The notes below the pieces were generated by a model. That model did not search any database. It was not told the origin of the DNA and saw only the letters and a list, made by a program, of their open reading frames with translations. Shown here piece after piece: positions 26,227 to 35,935 of a DNA stretch of 64,000 nucleotides. This DNA comes from a virus, in the IMG/VR virus record IMGVR_UViG_3300028920_000039, positions 1 to 64,000 of that record; one strand, 5' to 3'. Position 1 is the first letter of the stretch. Each line of letters starts with the position of its first letter. Position numbers and translations under genes: made by a program.

Positions 26227-26228
26227 TC

Positions 26229-26495
26229 ATGCACGACACAGTTGATCAGTTGGTAGCCGAGTCTACCATTCAATCAATCGGGGATGCTCTGAAGAACAAC
26301 TCTGTTGTGCCGGAAGTGCAGAAGTTTCAAGAAGAGTTTGAGGAGCTTGCGGAAGAACTTTCAACAGGGGACTGGGGGCGGATTGGTGTTATTGCGGGGA
26401 TGTTGTGGTACAAACTTGATATGGTAATCAAACATCTAGCAGACATATCTTCCTCCTCGAGAAATATTGACAGGAACACCTCAAAAATCAAATGA
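26229..26495 (+). CDS. Small helical hypothetical protein
   Basis: MHDTVDQLVAES start directly after the previous stop. Confidence 0.6.
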   Translation: MHDTVDQLVAESTIQSIGDALKNNSVVPEVQKFQEEFEELAEELSTGDWGRIGVIAGMLWYKLDMVIKHLADISSSSRNIDRNTSKIK

Positions 26496-26772
26496 GAATT
26501 GTTCCGTCTGCAGGTTACTATGCACAGCCAAAGGCCGCAGGTTGTATCATAGTCAGGAACAGTTTGTCATTTTTGAGAATCTAACTACCATGACGCCTGT
26601 TTTGGTAGCAACTACTCATGGCCAAGGCGTCATCCCTCCCGTTGCTTTTGAGAAACTCAAAGAAATCTGCTCAAAACTGTACGGAGACGCCTACTGTTTG
26701 GCTCCGTCACCACCAGAAGATCCACACTTCATGGTTAAGGTCATCAAGCTTACTCCTGAAGAGCTGACCTAA
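26467..26772 (+). CDS. Hypothetical protein
   Basis: ORF fills the gap; CSVC motif; start uncertain. Confidence 0.45.
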   Translation: MTGTPQKSNENCSVCRLLCTAKGRRLYHSQEQFVIFENLTTMTPVLVATTHGQGVIPPVAFEKLKEICSKLYGDAYCLAPSPPEDPHFMVKVIKLTPEELT

Positions 26773-26868
26773 TTTTTGAGTATTAACTATCTCCGTTTTA
26801 AACAAAACAAAAGTATAATGGTGTGATGACGGCTTAATCGTAACACTCCAAGAAAGGAGACAAAAGCC

Positions 26869-27294
26869 ATGGGTATGGTAGGAAAACAGAGTCGTGCAGC
26901 GGTAAATGTGGGTTTGTCCCCGCGGCGTTGGGTTGTCTTGTTCGAAAAGGAAGACCCGACGGAAGATCCGGTCTTCAATTACAGGGGTATTGACCTGTAC
27001 CTGGCGGCTGATCACCTGAATACGGCGAACACCGAAATCGTCGTGCAGGACAGCGTTGATGGAACAACCTGGGCTACCCGCCTAACAGTAGCAAACCCTC
27101 TGGTTCCGGGTGGCGAGCTCTCGCTCAACACATACTTCAGGCAGAGGTGGGTCCGAGTACTTCTGTATTCGACTGGTGGTGGTCGGATCGACGGTACACT
27201 GGCAATCCCGGAAGACGATGTTACCCCGGGGCTGTGGCCGGACATCAATGCTCTCGCATGCGCAAGCTATTGCGAAGTCAGCGACGAAAGCTAA
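26869..27294 (+). CDS. Small beta-sandwich virion-like protein (paralogue family 1 of 3)
   Basis: AAGGAG RBS; VQDSVDGTTW motif shared with 39487 and 62866. Confidence 0.7.
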   Translation: MGMVGKQSRAAVNVGLSPRRWVVLFEKEDPTEDPVFNYRGIDLYLAADHLNTANTEIVVQDSVDGTTWATRLTVANPLVPGGELSLNTYFRQRWVRVLLYSTGGGRIDGTLAIPEDDVTPGLWPDINALACASYCEVSDES

Positions 27295-27387
27295 ACACCT
27301 TCCGGGCGGTGCAAAGTCGCTTGCTCATTCAAACCTACACCATGCCGGTGACCATTCCGGCATGGTGCTAGGGATTAGGAGGTGTTG

Positions 27388-29022
27388 ATGACCTTTCGTC
27401 CAAGAACTGTTCTTTTCTTTGAAGCGTTCCTGTTCCTACTTCCTTCCTTTTGTTTCTCTCAGATCCAAATCAATCCCCGTGACATCAAACCAGGCACTAT
27501 TGATGAAACTGAGTTTGGATATTTGAACGGTCTGCGAGCTAACATTCAGCAGCAGATCGACAGCTTTGGTGTAATCAGTAATGCTATTACCAACATTGTT
27601 TGGTTGCCTGGATCTGACTTTACGTTCTCAAGAACTAATAATGTTGGGTACGAAACCTATCCGACCAACATTGGTTTTTTCATCAACGATGCAAACTATA
27701 TCACTGCGGCTTCTACATTTATGGGCGCAACCAATGACTACGTGTGGACCACCGGACGAGTATGGTGGGTTGCAATTGCGAATGATATGGACGCACACAT
27801 CAATGACACAATAGACAACGCGACTGCAGGCGATACGTTGATGCTACCATCTGGCAGTTTTACGGTAGATAGCGCTATTGTAATTAACAAGTCACTCACC
27901 ATTCGAGGACAGGGACTTGATTCGACCATTATCAATCAGACGGGCGATGGACAGAACACTTTTTTGATTGGAGTCTCTAATGTTCGCATTATGGACTTAA
28001 CTGTGAAGACTATCACGGCAGTTGCAGGGACGGCTATAGCTGTCAGCGCGCCCGGAGCAACAAGCGGGCACATAATTGAGAATGTAAAGGTTGATTATAA
28101 CTCGTCTGGTATTCTTTATGGGTTCAAGGGTAACGACTCTAGTGGCGTGATCAAAAATAGCATCTTCAATGTGATTAGTTCAAGCCACAGTGCCTGGGGG
28201 TTTTTCAACCAACCAATTATGGGGAGCGGTCATACGTGGAACCTTTACAATAGCGTCTTCACCGCGTCGGGCGGGGCAGGTTCAGGTATACACGCTGAGG
28301 ATACTGGAGGTCTGGCTAATACGGTTAATGCTTTCGCGTGTATCCTGGCCGGTTCGGATGCGGGTGCTAGAGTAAAGGGTTCGGGGTCGACGGTTGTACT
28401 GGAACGGTGTTCTGCTAATGGCGGGGATGGAGATGTTCGGGGCGACAGTAGCGGCACGATGATTCTCAGGGGTACGGTCCTGGTTAACAACACGACGAAA
28501 GGGTCCAGTACAATAAGTCGTGACGGAACGATCTGGGCGACGAGTGCTCGGTTTGACGCCGACTCGATATGGTTAGGGACTAATAGAATCTCGGTCGTGG
28601 ATAATCGACTTCTGATTGTGGCGGGTATTGACACCTATGCGACGAACGTTCCGGTGTATTTTACCGACCTTGCCGCATATGATACCACGGTGTGGAACCT
28701 GACAATTCAAGACCCTACTAATGGCGTTGCATACTATCTTCCGAATCCAGTGGACGCAAATGTGGAGTTGATAGAGGTTTTCGTGAAGTCTCACGGAATG
28801 ACCGGAAACGTTGATGTTATTGCTCAGAATCGAACATCTCTGTGGTACACGTATGCAACGGTGCAGGCAGACATAGTCGCAGATGCAAACGGCACAGCAC
28901 AGACTTCCTTCACCGGGGATCAGACGTGGACGAATCAACATAGGATGGGTTTTTTGGCTAGTGACTTGTCTTCCTTTGCTGCTACCAACCTGTTAAGCGT
29001 TGATTTCAAAATCACAAGGTGA
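27388..29022 (+). CDS. Fibre/adhesin with pectin-lyase-like beta-helix and predicted signal peptide
   Basis: EFGYLNGLRANIQQQID fibre motif; IDNATAGDTLMLPSG...INKSLTIRG beta-helix entry; hydrophobic N-terminus. Confidence 0.7.
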   Translation: MTFRPRTVLFFEAFLFLLPSFCFSQIQINPRDIKPGTIDETEFGYLNGLRANIQQQIDSFGVISNAITNIVWLPGSDFTFSRTNNVGYETYPTNIGFFINDANYITAASTFMGATNDYVWTTGRVWWVAIANDMDAHINDTIDNATAGDTLMLPSGSFTVDSAIVINKSLTIRGQGLDSTIINQTGDGQNTFLIGVSNVRIMDLTVKTITAVAGTAIAVSAPGATSGHIIENVKVDYNSSGILYGFKGNDSSGVIKNSIFNVISSSHSAWGFFNQPIMGSGHTWNLYNSVFTASGGAGSGIHAEDTGGLANTVNAFACILAGSDAGARVKGSGSTVVLERCSANGGDGDVRGDSSGTMILRGTVLVNNTTKGSSTISRDGTIWATSARFDADSIWLGTNRISVVDNRLLIVAGIDTYATNVPVYFTDLAAYDTTVWNLTIQDPTNGVAYYLPNPVDANVELIEVFVKSHGMTGNVDVIAQNRTSLWYTYATVQADIVADANGTAQTSFTGDQTWTNQHRMGFLASDLSSFAATNLLSVDFKITR

Positions 29023-29026
29023 TTTT

Positions 29027-30577
29027 ATGCCGAAGATCAGGTTGCAACGTAGACTATCCTGTGTCTTGCCTTTGCTCTTTGTGTTGCTGTGTGTTTCTTA
29101 TGCATGGGCAATCGTGGTCATGCGCGGTCGCGGGTACACACGGCCACCGCTCCCTTCTGTGCTGATCTGGAGGTTTGCCAACACAAATAATCCAACGGAT
29201 GATAGCTCTCTTGTGGGAACCAATGTAGGCACTCTTGGCGCGGGTGGGGCAGAACCTACTTGGATGGTTGCTACGGGTGGGGTGTCAGCCTACTATGAGT
29301 TTGATGGTAACGACTTCATTGAGGCAGCCGACAATCCCACGTTGAGCTTTGGAGATGGTGCGTCTGACAGAGCGTTTACTGCAATGGGATGGTTTCGTGC
29401 AGCAACAGGCGAAGATAACAATGTGCCAATCATCGGCAAAAATCGCATGGGTGCGCGGGAGTGGGCATTACGAACTGTTGACACAGGTGGCAATCGCTAT
29501 TTGTACTTCTTCAGTGTGGACGAGAGTACTAATGCGTACCGTGGACGTTATGCTAGTAGCCCTTTGATCATTGACAGTGTTTGGTATCATGCAGTTGGAA
29601 CGTATGATGGAAGCGGTATTGTAGGTGGGTTCAAACTCTATCTAAGAGGGCTGCGCATAGACAACAACGATTACAGCGATGGTGCGTATGTTGCTATGGA
29701 AGATTATAGTGCTCCTGTGGAAGTTGCACGGACCTATAGCAGCGTGTATACTCAAGGCGGTGTTGATGATGGTCGAATTTATAGCAACATATTGAGTGCC
29801 ACAGCCATTAGTGACATCTATTGGAATTCAGCTACGAACCATGGTGTGTCTAAATGGGACTATGACAACCGTAGTGATTGGTCCAACACAGTCTTTGTGC
29901 AGACGTTCAGTTATGACGGTTCGCGTCCAGCTGATACAGGGTTCATTGGAACACATCATATGTCAAAAGGGGCTGGTGGTGCGCAACCGACCCATCTTGA
30001 CAATGCCGTTAATGGCTTCTATCAATTTGAGTGGACAGATTACATCACGCTTGACAATGATGCATCCCTTTACCTAACAAATTTCACTATCACAGCTTGG
30101 ATTAAGCGTGATGCTGACCACCCCGCCGATCTGTATAGCACGGTGATAGCAAAAGGCGACAACAACGGAAGCGGTGTTGACAACAATTATCAACTGTCAG
30201 TTTTAGATTCAACTTCTGTGTTTCCAAACAGAGTTTATTTTCTTGTGGGTGATGGAGCAGCGTCCACGACTTCTCTAATCTCCAATACGGAGATAACGAA
30301 TGTGACTTGGACGCATGTTGCTGCGGTGTACGACGACACAGGCAACAGCCACAGCATCTACATCAATGGGGTGCTTGATACGAATGCCGTCACAACATTG
30401 ACTCCTCACAACGCTAGTGGCGGTGTCACAATAGGAACATGGTTCATTGCTGGAAGTGAGCCGTTCTCGGAATGGGGCGGACACCTCGATGAGATACGGC
30501 AATACAATGTTGCTTTGTCGGCTGCCACAATCAGCAACATTTACCATGACACAAAGTTTTTGTTTGTTGGTTTCTAA
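29027..30577 (+). CDS. Double LamG/concanavalin-A-like lectin protein with signal peptide
   Basis: FTAMGWF...WYHAVGTYDG...GGVDDGRIY and FTITAWIK...WTHVAAVYD...HLDEIRQYNVALS; N-terminus ends SYAWA. Confidence 0.85.
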   Translation: MPKIRLQRRLSCVLPLLFVLLCVSYAWAIVVMRGRGYTRPPLPSVLIWRFANTNNPTDDSSLVGTNVGTLGAGGAEPTWMVATGGVSAYYEFDGNDFIEAADNPTLSFGDGASDRAFTAMGWFRAATGEDNNVPIIGKNRMGAREWALRTVDTGGNRYLYFFSVDESTNAYRGRYASSPLIIDSVWYHAVGTYDGSGIVGGFKLYLRGLRIDNNDYSDGAYVAMEDYSAPVEVARTYSSVYTQGGVDDGRIYSNILSATAISDIYWNSATNHGVSKWDYDNRSDWSNTVFVQTFSYDGSRPADTGFIGTHHMSKGAGGAQPTHLDNAVNGFYQFEWTDYITLDNDASLYLTNFTITAWIKRDADHPADLYSTVIAKGDNNGSGVDNNYQLSVLDSTSVFPNRVYFLVGDGAASTTSLISNTEITNVTWTHVAAVYDDTGNSHSIYINGVLDTNAVTTLTPHNASGGVTIGTWFIAGSEPFSEWGGHLDEIRQYNVALSAATISNIYHDTKFLFVGF

Positions 30578-30591
30578 GAAAGGACAATGAT

Positions 30592-31014
30592 ATGAGGATA
30601 ATGCATTGCATGATGGTTCTACTAACATCGTGTGTCATTTGTATTGCGGCTCCGTTGCTGTCGTTTCAGATAACAGTTCCCGAGACGGGTTGGACGGACA
30701 GCGACTTCAGCAACAAGTGTGAAGCGGCATGGGTGATTCTGACTGGTTCGACGGATTACGAGAATTTGTGGGCGGGGTGGGCAACGGACTACTGTTTGTC
30801 CACAAACACAAACACCACGATCTATTTGTACCGTAATAGCATCAAGAACATTCTGGGTGAGAATGTGCTGGAAGAGGGTTCGCGTACACAGGTGGTGAAC
30901 AAGGTAACGGAATACACTAACAGCCATTCGGGTATTAATACTACACCGGCGTTTGATTTGACAACGTGGGGGATTCAGCACAAGGTTCACACGAACATTA
31001 CACCGATGCCATAG
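30592..31014 (+). CDS. Secreted-type hypothetical protein
   Basis: AAGGA RBS; hydrophobic N-terminus ending CIAA. Confidence 0.7.
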   Translation: MRIMHCMMVLLTSCVICIAAPLLSFQITVPETGWTDSDFSNKCEAAWVILTGSTDYENLWAGWATDYCLSTNTNTTIYLYRNSIKNILGENVLEEGSRTQVVNKVTEYTNSHSGINTTPAFDLTTWGIQHKVHTNITPMP

Positions 31015-31060
31015 GGAGGGGGCGGGGAAATGTCTGTTCCTCAGTCGTAAACATAGCGCC

Positions 31061-31357
31061 ATGATGAAACGAACACTCATATGGCTTTGCCTTTTGTTTA
31101 CCGGATGCAGGACCGGCGGCGGAACGTGGTGCGTCAACCGGTCGTGCGACTGGTGGCTCCGACAGCGGCCCGAGAATACCGGCATAGTCTGGTATCAGCC
31201 TCAGCGCCATCACTGGCAACCGTATACGCGGGCGGACCGAGGGCATTGCATCTGCTATACGGTAATTGACGGGCGGCGCGTCTATTATGACCCGCAAATC
31301 GGCATGGTACAATTGAGCGAGCAGGGATTGCAAACGGCGCAGCATATAGGGCCATAG
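31061..31357 (+). CDS. Putative small lipoprotein
   Basis: MMKRTLIWLCLLFTGC lipobox-like. Confidence 0.45.
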   Translation: MMKRTLIWLCLLFTGCRTGGGTWCVNRSCDWWLRQRPENTGIVWYQPQRHHWQPYTRADRGHCICYTVIDGRRVYYDPQIGMVQLSEQGLQTAQHIGP

Positions 31358-31513
31358 AGAAAGGATTAGAGTCTATCTATCGAACCTATTGTTCGTGGCA
31401 AGCCGGAATCACTTGGTTTTTGAAAGAAGATTTTTGTTGTGCTGGTCGTGATCAAAGGTCGGTTATGGTGCACTTCATTTTGAGTAGGTTACAGAGAAAC
31501 CATAGGTGAAGAA

Positions 31514-32344
31514 ATGAAAGGCCTGGTTCTTGATGGAGGAGGGGTTTTTGGCATAGGTCAAGCTCATATCGTGTCGCAAGTGGACCTTGACAAGTTTGAC
31601 TTCTTCGCTGGAACCTCCATTGGATCAGTGATTGCTTCTGTGTTGGCTTCTGGAGGTGATTGCTCTGACCTGCCTGGCTTCTTCCATCGTGCGATGCCTT
31701 TGATTTTTGAAGGATGGAAGTGGGCAAAGTACCGCTTCTATAAACGTCGGTACAGCGACAAAATGTTGAATTATTACCTTCGTCAGTTGTTTCTCGGTAA
31801 GCTGGGAGGGGTAAACAAACCTTTGTTCACTGCAGCAGCTAATCTTGGCGAACAACGGTTGAAAGTCTTTTCGTCAGAGCATGCAGATGATGCCTCATGG
31901 CTGTTGTGGGAGGTTTGTAGATGTTCCGCAGCAGCGGAGACCTATTTTGCTCCATGGAAAGGATATGCCGATGGGGGCATCTACGCTAACAATCCGTCTA
32001 TGATGGTTGTGGCAGCAGCTTGCAAGCAGCTTGGAGCAAAGGTGGATGAGATTGAGCTGTTTTCAATTGGCACAGGTAGTGGATATTCGGGCAAAAGCAA
32101 GATCCCTCGAGGTAGCTGGTCGGCGGTTCGTTGGGGTATCTGGTTGATCGGCGCTTTTTTGGATGGCGCAGCCAATTCAATGCATGAGTATTTTGTGAGA
32201 TCCCTCCCTCTCAAGAAGTACAAAAGGGTCGATTTCACTCGCGACGCTAAGTGGAGAATGGACAGCCCCACTGATATGCTGTTGGCCGAAAAAGCGTGGA
32301 AACCTGCTATTGATGCCGCTGTGAAAGAGGTGGAAGCATTTTGA
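31514..32344 (+). CDS. Patatin-like phospholipase
   Basis: DGGGVFG oxyanion loop, GTSIG nucleophile elbow, SAAAETYF, DGG. Confidence 0.92.
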   Translation: MKGLVLDGGGVFGIGQAHIVSQVDLDKFDFFAGTSIGSVIASVLASGGDCSDLPGFFHRAMPLIFEGWKWAKYRFYKRRYSDKMLNYYLRQLFLGKLGGVNKPLFTAAANLGEQRLKVFSSEHADDASWLLWEVCRCSAAAETYFAPWKGYADGGIYANNPSMMVVAAACKQLGAKVDEIELFSIGTGSGYSGKSKIPRGSWSAVRWGIWLIGAFLDGAANSMHEYFVRSLPLKKYKRVDFTRDAKWRMDSPTDMLLAEKAWKPAIDAAVKEVEAF

Positions 32345-33381
32345 ATGAAGCCATAGTTGATATTGAGCAGAGAGAGTTTGCTCCTAAAATTTTTGCTACC
32401 AACGGGGACAAACCGTCGCTCTTGCCTAATGTACGCCATGAGATCCTTCAGCATGCGGCGAACTATGCTCAGTGGGGTAAGATCCATAACATCTTGCTAA
32501 TCGGCAGTATACTCACCAAGCGCTGGAAGCCTGACTCCGATATTGATGTTACGGTCATCATGGAGCCTTTCTCTGAAGAATCCTTCAAAGCAGCACGCCA
32601 GTACTCAGCTGATCATCAAGACACTGAACTGCTGACAGGAACTGAACATCCTGTTAACGTCTTCATTCGTGATGATTGGGATGATTCATTGGCAGACCAG
32701 ATCTACTATGTGTTGGAAGACGATTGGTACAAGCAAACGATTGTGAAGCCCCTTGAGATAAACAAGTATCTAGACGCCTTCGAGAGATATGTGTCGGCTA
32801 TTGACCTTGAGAAAGCTGAGTTGAAACGAGATTTGATCGACTATGATGAGTTGGCACAGTTTGCCCCAGAAGATGTTAAAGGCCTACAAAGCCAAGTGCA
32901 GGCGAAGCTTGATGAGATCAACGACAGTGTCAAGAAGCTCGCTGCCACATACAAAACGATACATGCCCTTCGTAATATTGCGTTTCGTGCAGAGATGTCA
33001 CCGGAAGAGATCCGACAGTTTCAGATCAAGAACAAGCTGCCGGCGAATGTGGTGTACAAACTGCTTCAGCGATATCACTATACGCGTTTCCTGACAGCTA
33101 TCAACAAAGCTCTTGAGTCTGCTGGTGGGGCAATTGACACTGATCAGGATGTGGATGATGTAGAGCAAGCTTTTGATGTAGAAAGTGCTTTTAAACACAT
33201 TACAAACAATGAAGTTTCTGTTGATGATATTGAAAAAGTGTTAGATGAAATAACAACTTCTGCTGCTGCAGGTTCTTATGAAGTTCCGTTAGGTGCGCGA
33301 CCACAAGCTCGTCGTCGTAAACGGAAAAAGAAGTTGAAAGGCATTCTGACATACGAAAATCTACAAAACAAAAGAGGATGA
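32341..33381 (+). CDS. Pol-beta-family nucleotidyltransferase domain protein
   Basis: GSILT...DSDIDV motif; helical C-terminus; acidic tail EITTSAAAGSYEVPLG. Confidence 0.8.
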   Translation: MNEAIVDIEQREFAPKIFATNGDKPSLLPNVRHEILQHAANYAQWGKIHNILLIGSILTKRWKPDSDIDVTVIMEPFSEESFKAARQYSADHQDTELLTGTEHPVNVFIRDDWDDSLADQIYYVLEDDWYKQTIVKPLEINKYLDAFERYVSAIDLEKAELKRDLIDYDELAQFAPEDVKGLQSQVQAKLDEINDSVKKLAATYKTIHALRNIAFRAEMSPEEIRQFQIKNKLPANVVYKLLQRYHYTRFLTAINKALESAGGAIDTDQDVDDVEQAFDVESAFKHITNNEVSVDDIEKVLDEITTSAAAGSYEVPLGARPQARRRKRKKKLKGILTYENLQNKRG

Positions 33382-33424
33382 ATTCTTTAGTATTGTATAA
33401 CGAATCGAATGAAAGGGTTGAATT

Positions 33425-33802
33425 ATGAATGTTTCGTGTTCTTCTGAAATTTATTCTATTCCTGCTGCAGGAGGCGTCACAGTAACTCTAACCGGTACTG
33501 CCAAATTGATATCTGTTGTTATGACTCTTGCAATAGAGGTTAACAATACGTTTTGTATAACTTTAGTTCGAGAAGGGATCACTTTTGAACTGCTTTCACA
33601 CGAAGGAACTTACAAAGATGTTGTGTGGTTACTTGAAGGTGGTGGGGTTGTTTTGAAAAGCGGCGATCAACTACGATTTTCAAACTTAGCAAATGAAGAA
33701 GGATATGTGTTTTTTGGGTATGAGACTAATGGTCCTCAGGGACCTTCGATTACCGTAACACCAGGTCCTGTGGTTGACGATGCAGCCGGGCCTTTAGCAT
33801 AA
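33425..33802 (+). CDS. Small beta-rich hypothetical protein
   Basis: ORF after AT-rich intergenic region; LKSGDQLRF beta-strand pattern. Confidence 0.65.
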   Translation: MNVSCSSEIYSIPAAGGVTVTLTGTAKLISVVMTLAIEVNNTFCITLVREGITFELLSHEGTYKDVVWLLEGGGVVLKSGDQLRFSNLANEEGYVFFGYETNGPQGPSITVTPGPVVDDAAGPLA

Positions 33803-33811
33803 GGTGAGCCA

Positions 33812-35011
33812 ATGAAAAAGTTTGTGGTTTTTGTAGTTGGATTACTGCTGTCCCTTTCCTTTACTTTTGCTGGTATCATTGAAGATGGAAGGGTTGTGAA
33901 GGGGTCAGCAACTAATTCAACACACCTTGGTGGAATCCCTGCTGCTGAATTTTTGAGAAGAGGCGGGGAGGTCCCTTTGACAGGAAATTTAGACGCTGGA
34001 AACTATCGAATTGTGCATTCTGCTGGACCTGTTGATAAAGGAGATTTGGCTCGTCGAAGTTTTGTTTTAGCGCAGATTGTGGCTCAAATAAATGCTGAAA
34101 TTACCGCTTTGTCAAATCATATTGATGCAACATTTGGGCAATTGACAGGAGATCAAACATGGACCGGTTCCAACATGTTCAGCGGCATTGTCAGCCTAGG
34201 GAGTATAGAGAGCCGGTGTGCTGCTCCTGAGTTTGTGTTTGGGGATAATTCGCCAGTGGATGCTAATCGTTTCAAGATGTATTCCAATTGGGATATCTGG
34301 GCTCTAGCGGTTGATGATGACGGCGACGGGAATTATGTTGATGTAATATGGGTTTTGACTAACTCTTTCCAGGCTAGTATCACTTACCTAATAGGCAACG
34401 GTGGCGGTATTTTGCAAATGAAAGAATGTTCCCAGCAACCTGGGGGCCCTCTTACAGAGGGGTATCGGGAGATATGGCAGAGCGATGGGACCGGCTATGG
34501 CGACGATGGGGATCTCTGCACCGTCCATCAGGCGGGCGGTATCCTGCATACGAATACATTTGCGATGGAGTCTTATGTGGATAATATTGTAGATACTAAT
34601 TCCATTAATTACATGTTCACTAGAACTAGTTTTTGGGATACTGCTTATAATTGGGTAAATACTAGTTCTACGGTGTATCGTGGCGGGGCGTCGGCGTTCG
34701 ACTACACGAATTTTACGTTTGATAGCAGTTGGCACGACCTTGACCTTTCCGCCATTGTGCCGCAGGGTGCTCGCAAGGTAACTATTTATGGGGCCGTGAT
34801 CGACGATACGGCGGGTCAGCAATTTCGGATGCGTAACAACGCTACCACTGGCTCATATGTTGAGGCGGCATGGACCGTGCAGGTGTCGGGCGTGATTGTC
34901 ACATACGCACAAGAGGTGTACTGTGACGAGAATCGCGTGATTGAATACAAGTGCGACCCAAATCTAAGCAACAACTCTTTGCTTGGGTTCACAGTCATAG
35001 GATGGGAGTAG
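33812..35011 (+). CDS. Tail-fibre-like protein with classical signal peptide
   Basis: MKKFVVFVVGLLLSLSFTFA; STHLGGIPAAEFLRR fibre motif; C-terminal WHDLDLSAIVPQGA tip-like domain. Confidence 0.7.
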   Translation: MKKFVVFVVGLLLSLSFTFAGIIEDGRVVKGSATNSTHLGGIPAAEFLRRGGEVPLTGNLDAGNYRIVHSAGPVDKGDLARRSFVLAQIVAQINAEITALSNHIDATFGQLTGDQTWTGSNMFSGIVSLGSIESRCAAPEFVFGDNSPVDANRFKMYSNWDIWALAVDDDGDGNYVDVIWVLTNSFQASITYLIGNGGGILQMKECSQQPGGPLTEGYREIWQSDGTGYGDDGDLCTVHQAGGILHTNTFAMESYVDNIVDTNSINYMFTRTSFWDTAYNWVNTSSTVYRGGASAFDYTNFTFDSSWHDLDLSAIVPQGARKVTIYGAVIDDTAGQQFRMRNNATTGSYVEAAWTVQVSGVIVTYAQEVYCDENRVIEYKCDPNLSNNSLLGFTVIGWE

Positions 35012-35380
35012 CATGGATGCGGAATACCTTCCACCAAGCTGGGCAAAGGACAGGGCGGACATTTTGCGATGGTGCAGGCGGCAGCGCCTATTCTGGCGGC
35101 TGGAGTGGTTAATTCGGAAATTTGGACCATAGGTAGGCTATGGGGAATGGGACGACAATCCTGAGGCGCGAGGTGACAGACAATTTGTCAGGACGAATCA
35201 GGTTCCCGTGCGCATCAGTGACAGCGGCGGCGGTATGTGTTGGATCAGGCCGATCAATCTGTCATGGGGCAAATACAACGCGAAGCGGGGTGAGTGTCCT
35301 CCGAGTTGGAGCTACTCGAAATGTATTAGGCGCACGCTCGAAGAGTGTGCAAAAGACGAACTCACGCCATAAGGACTGAT

Positions 35381-35866
35381 ATGGGCTGGCTCACCAAAAT
35401 CTGCGGCAAGCCTCTTTGGCCGTTCCGCAAACCGACGCTTAAGGAGACGAACCCCTGTACCGGCAGTGTCCGAGACTGGTACATCGACGCCCACAAGAAG
35501 GGAGTCACAGTCGGACTTGTCGAGTACTACCGTGACCTTCGCCCCTGGGAGCCCTACGCTGACAAAGAGGACCGGTGGCACATGGCCGGTACCTACATCG
35601 ACGAGAACGGCCGCCTGACGGTATACGACGTGATCAACGACGAGATTGTCACCCTCAGCGACACGGAGCTTGAGGACGTGATATGGATTGGACTCACACC
35701 CGATAGTTGCCCAAAATGCAATGCGACCACGGGCGGGACCACAAATTATGTTGCAGGGAATGTCCTTAAATGCACAAGCGGGACGAATATATTTACTCGT
35801 GGGATGACTGCTCTTGCTGTGGCTATTACAGGTACTTACGGAAGGGTTAATATTTTGTTAGATTAG
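35381..35866 (+). CDS. Hypothetical protein
   Basis: AAGGA RBS before MGWLTKICG. Confidence 0.55.
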   Translation: MGWLTKICGKPLWPFRKPTLKETNPCTGSVRDWYIDAHKKGVTVGLVEYYRDLRPWEPYADKEDRWHMAGTYIDENGRLTVYDVINDEIVTLSDTELEDVIWIGLTPDSCPKCNATTGGTTNYVAGNVLKCTSGTNIFTRGMTALAVAITGTYGRVNILLD

Positions 35867-35935
35867 ACCTTGAAACAGTATGGTAAGCGGTATAGTGTAA
35901 TCAAAGTTAGCATGAAAAGACCATAGGAGTATATC

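Noticed and set aside
27338-27367. 11-bp inverted repeat CACCATGCCGG/CCGGCATGGTG before the fibre gene
   Set aside because: No U-tract; most likely a generic mRNA-stabilising or processing hairpin, too little to call
35013-35379. Short ORFs between the fibre gene and 35381
   Set aside because: No convincing RBS or motif; cannot choose between frames
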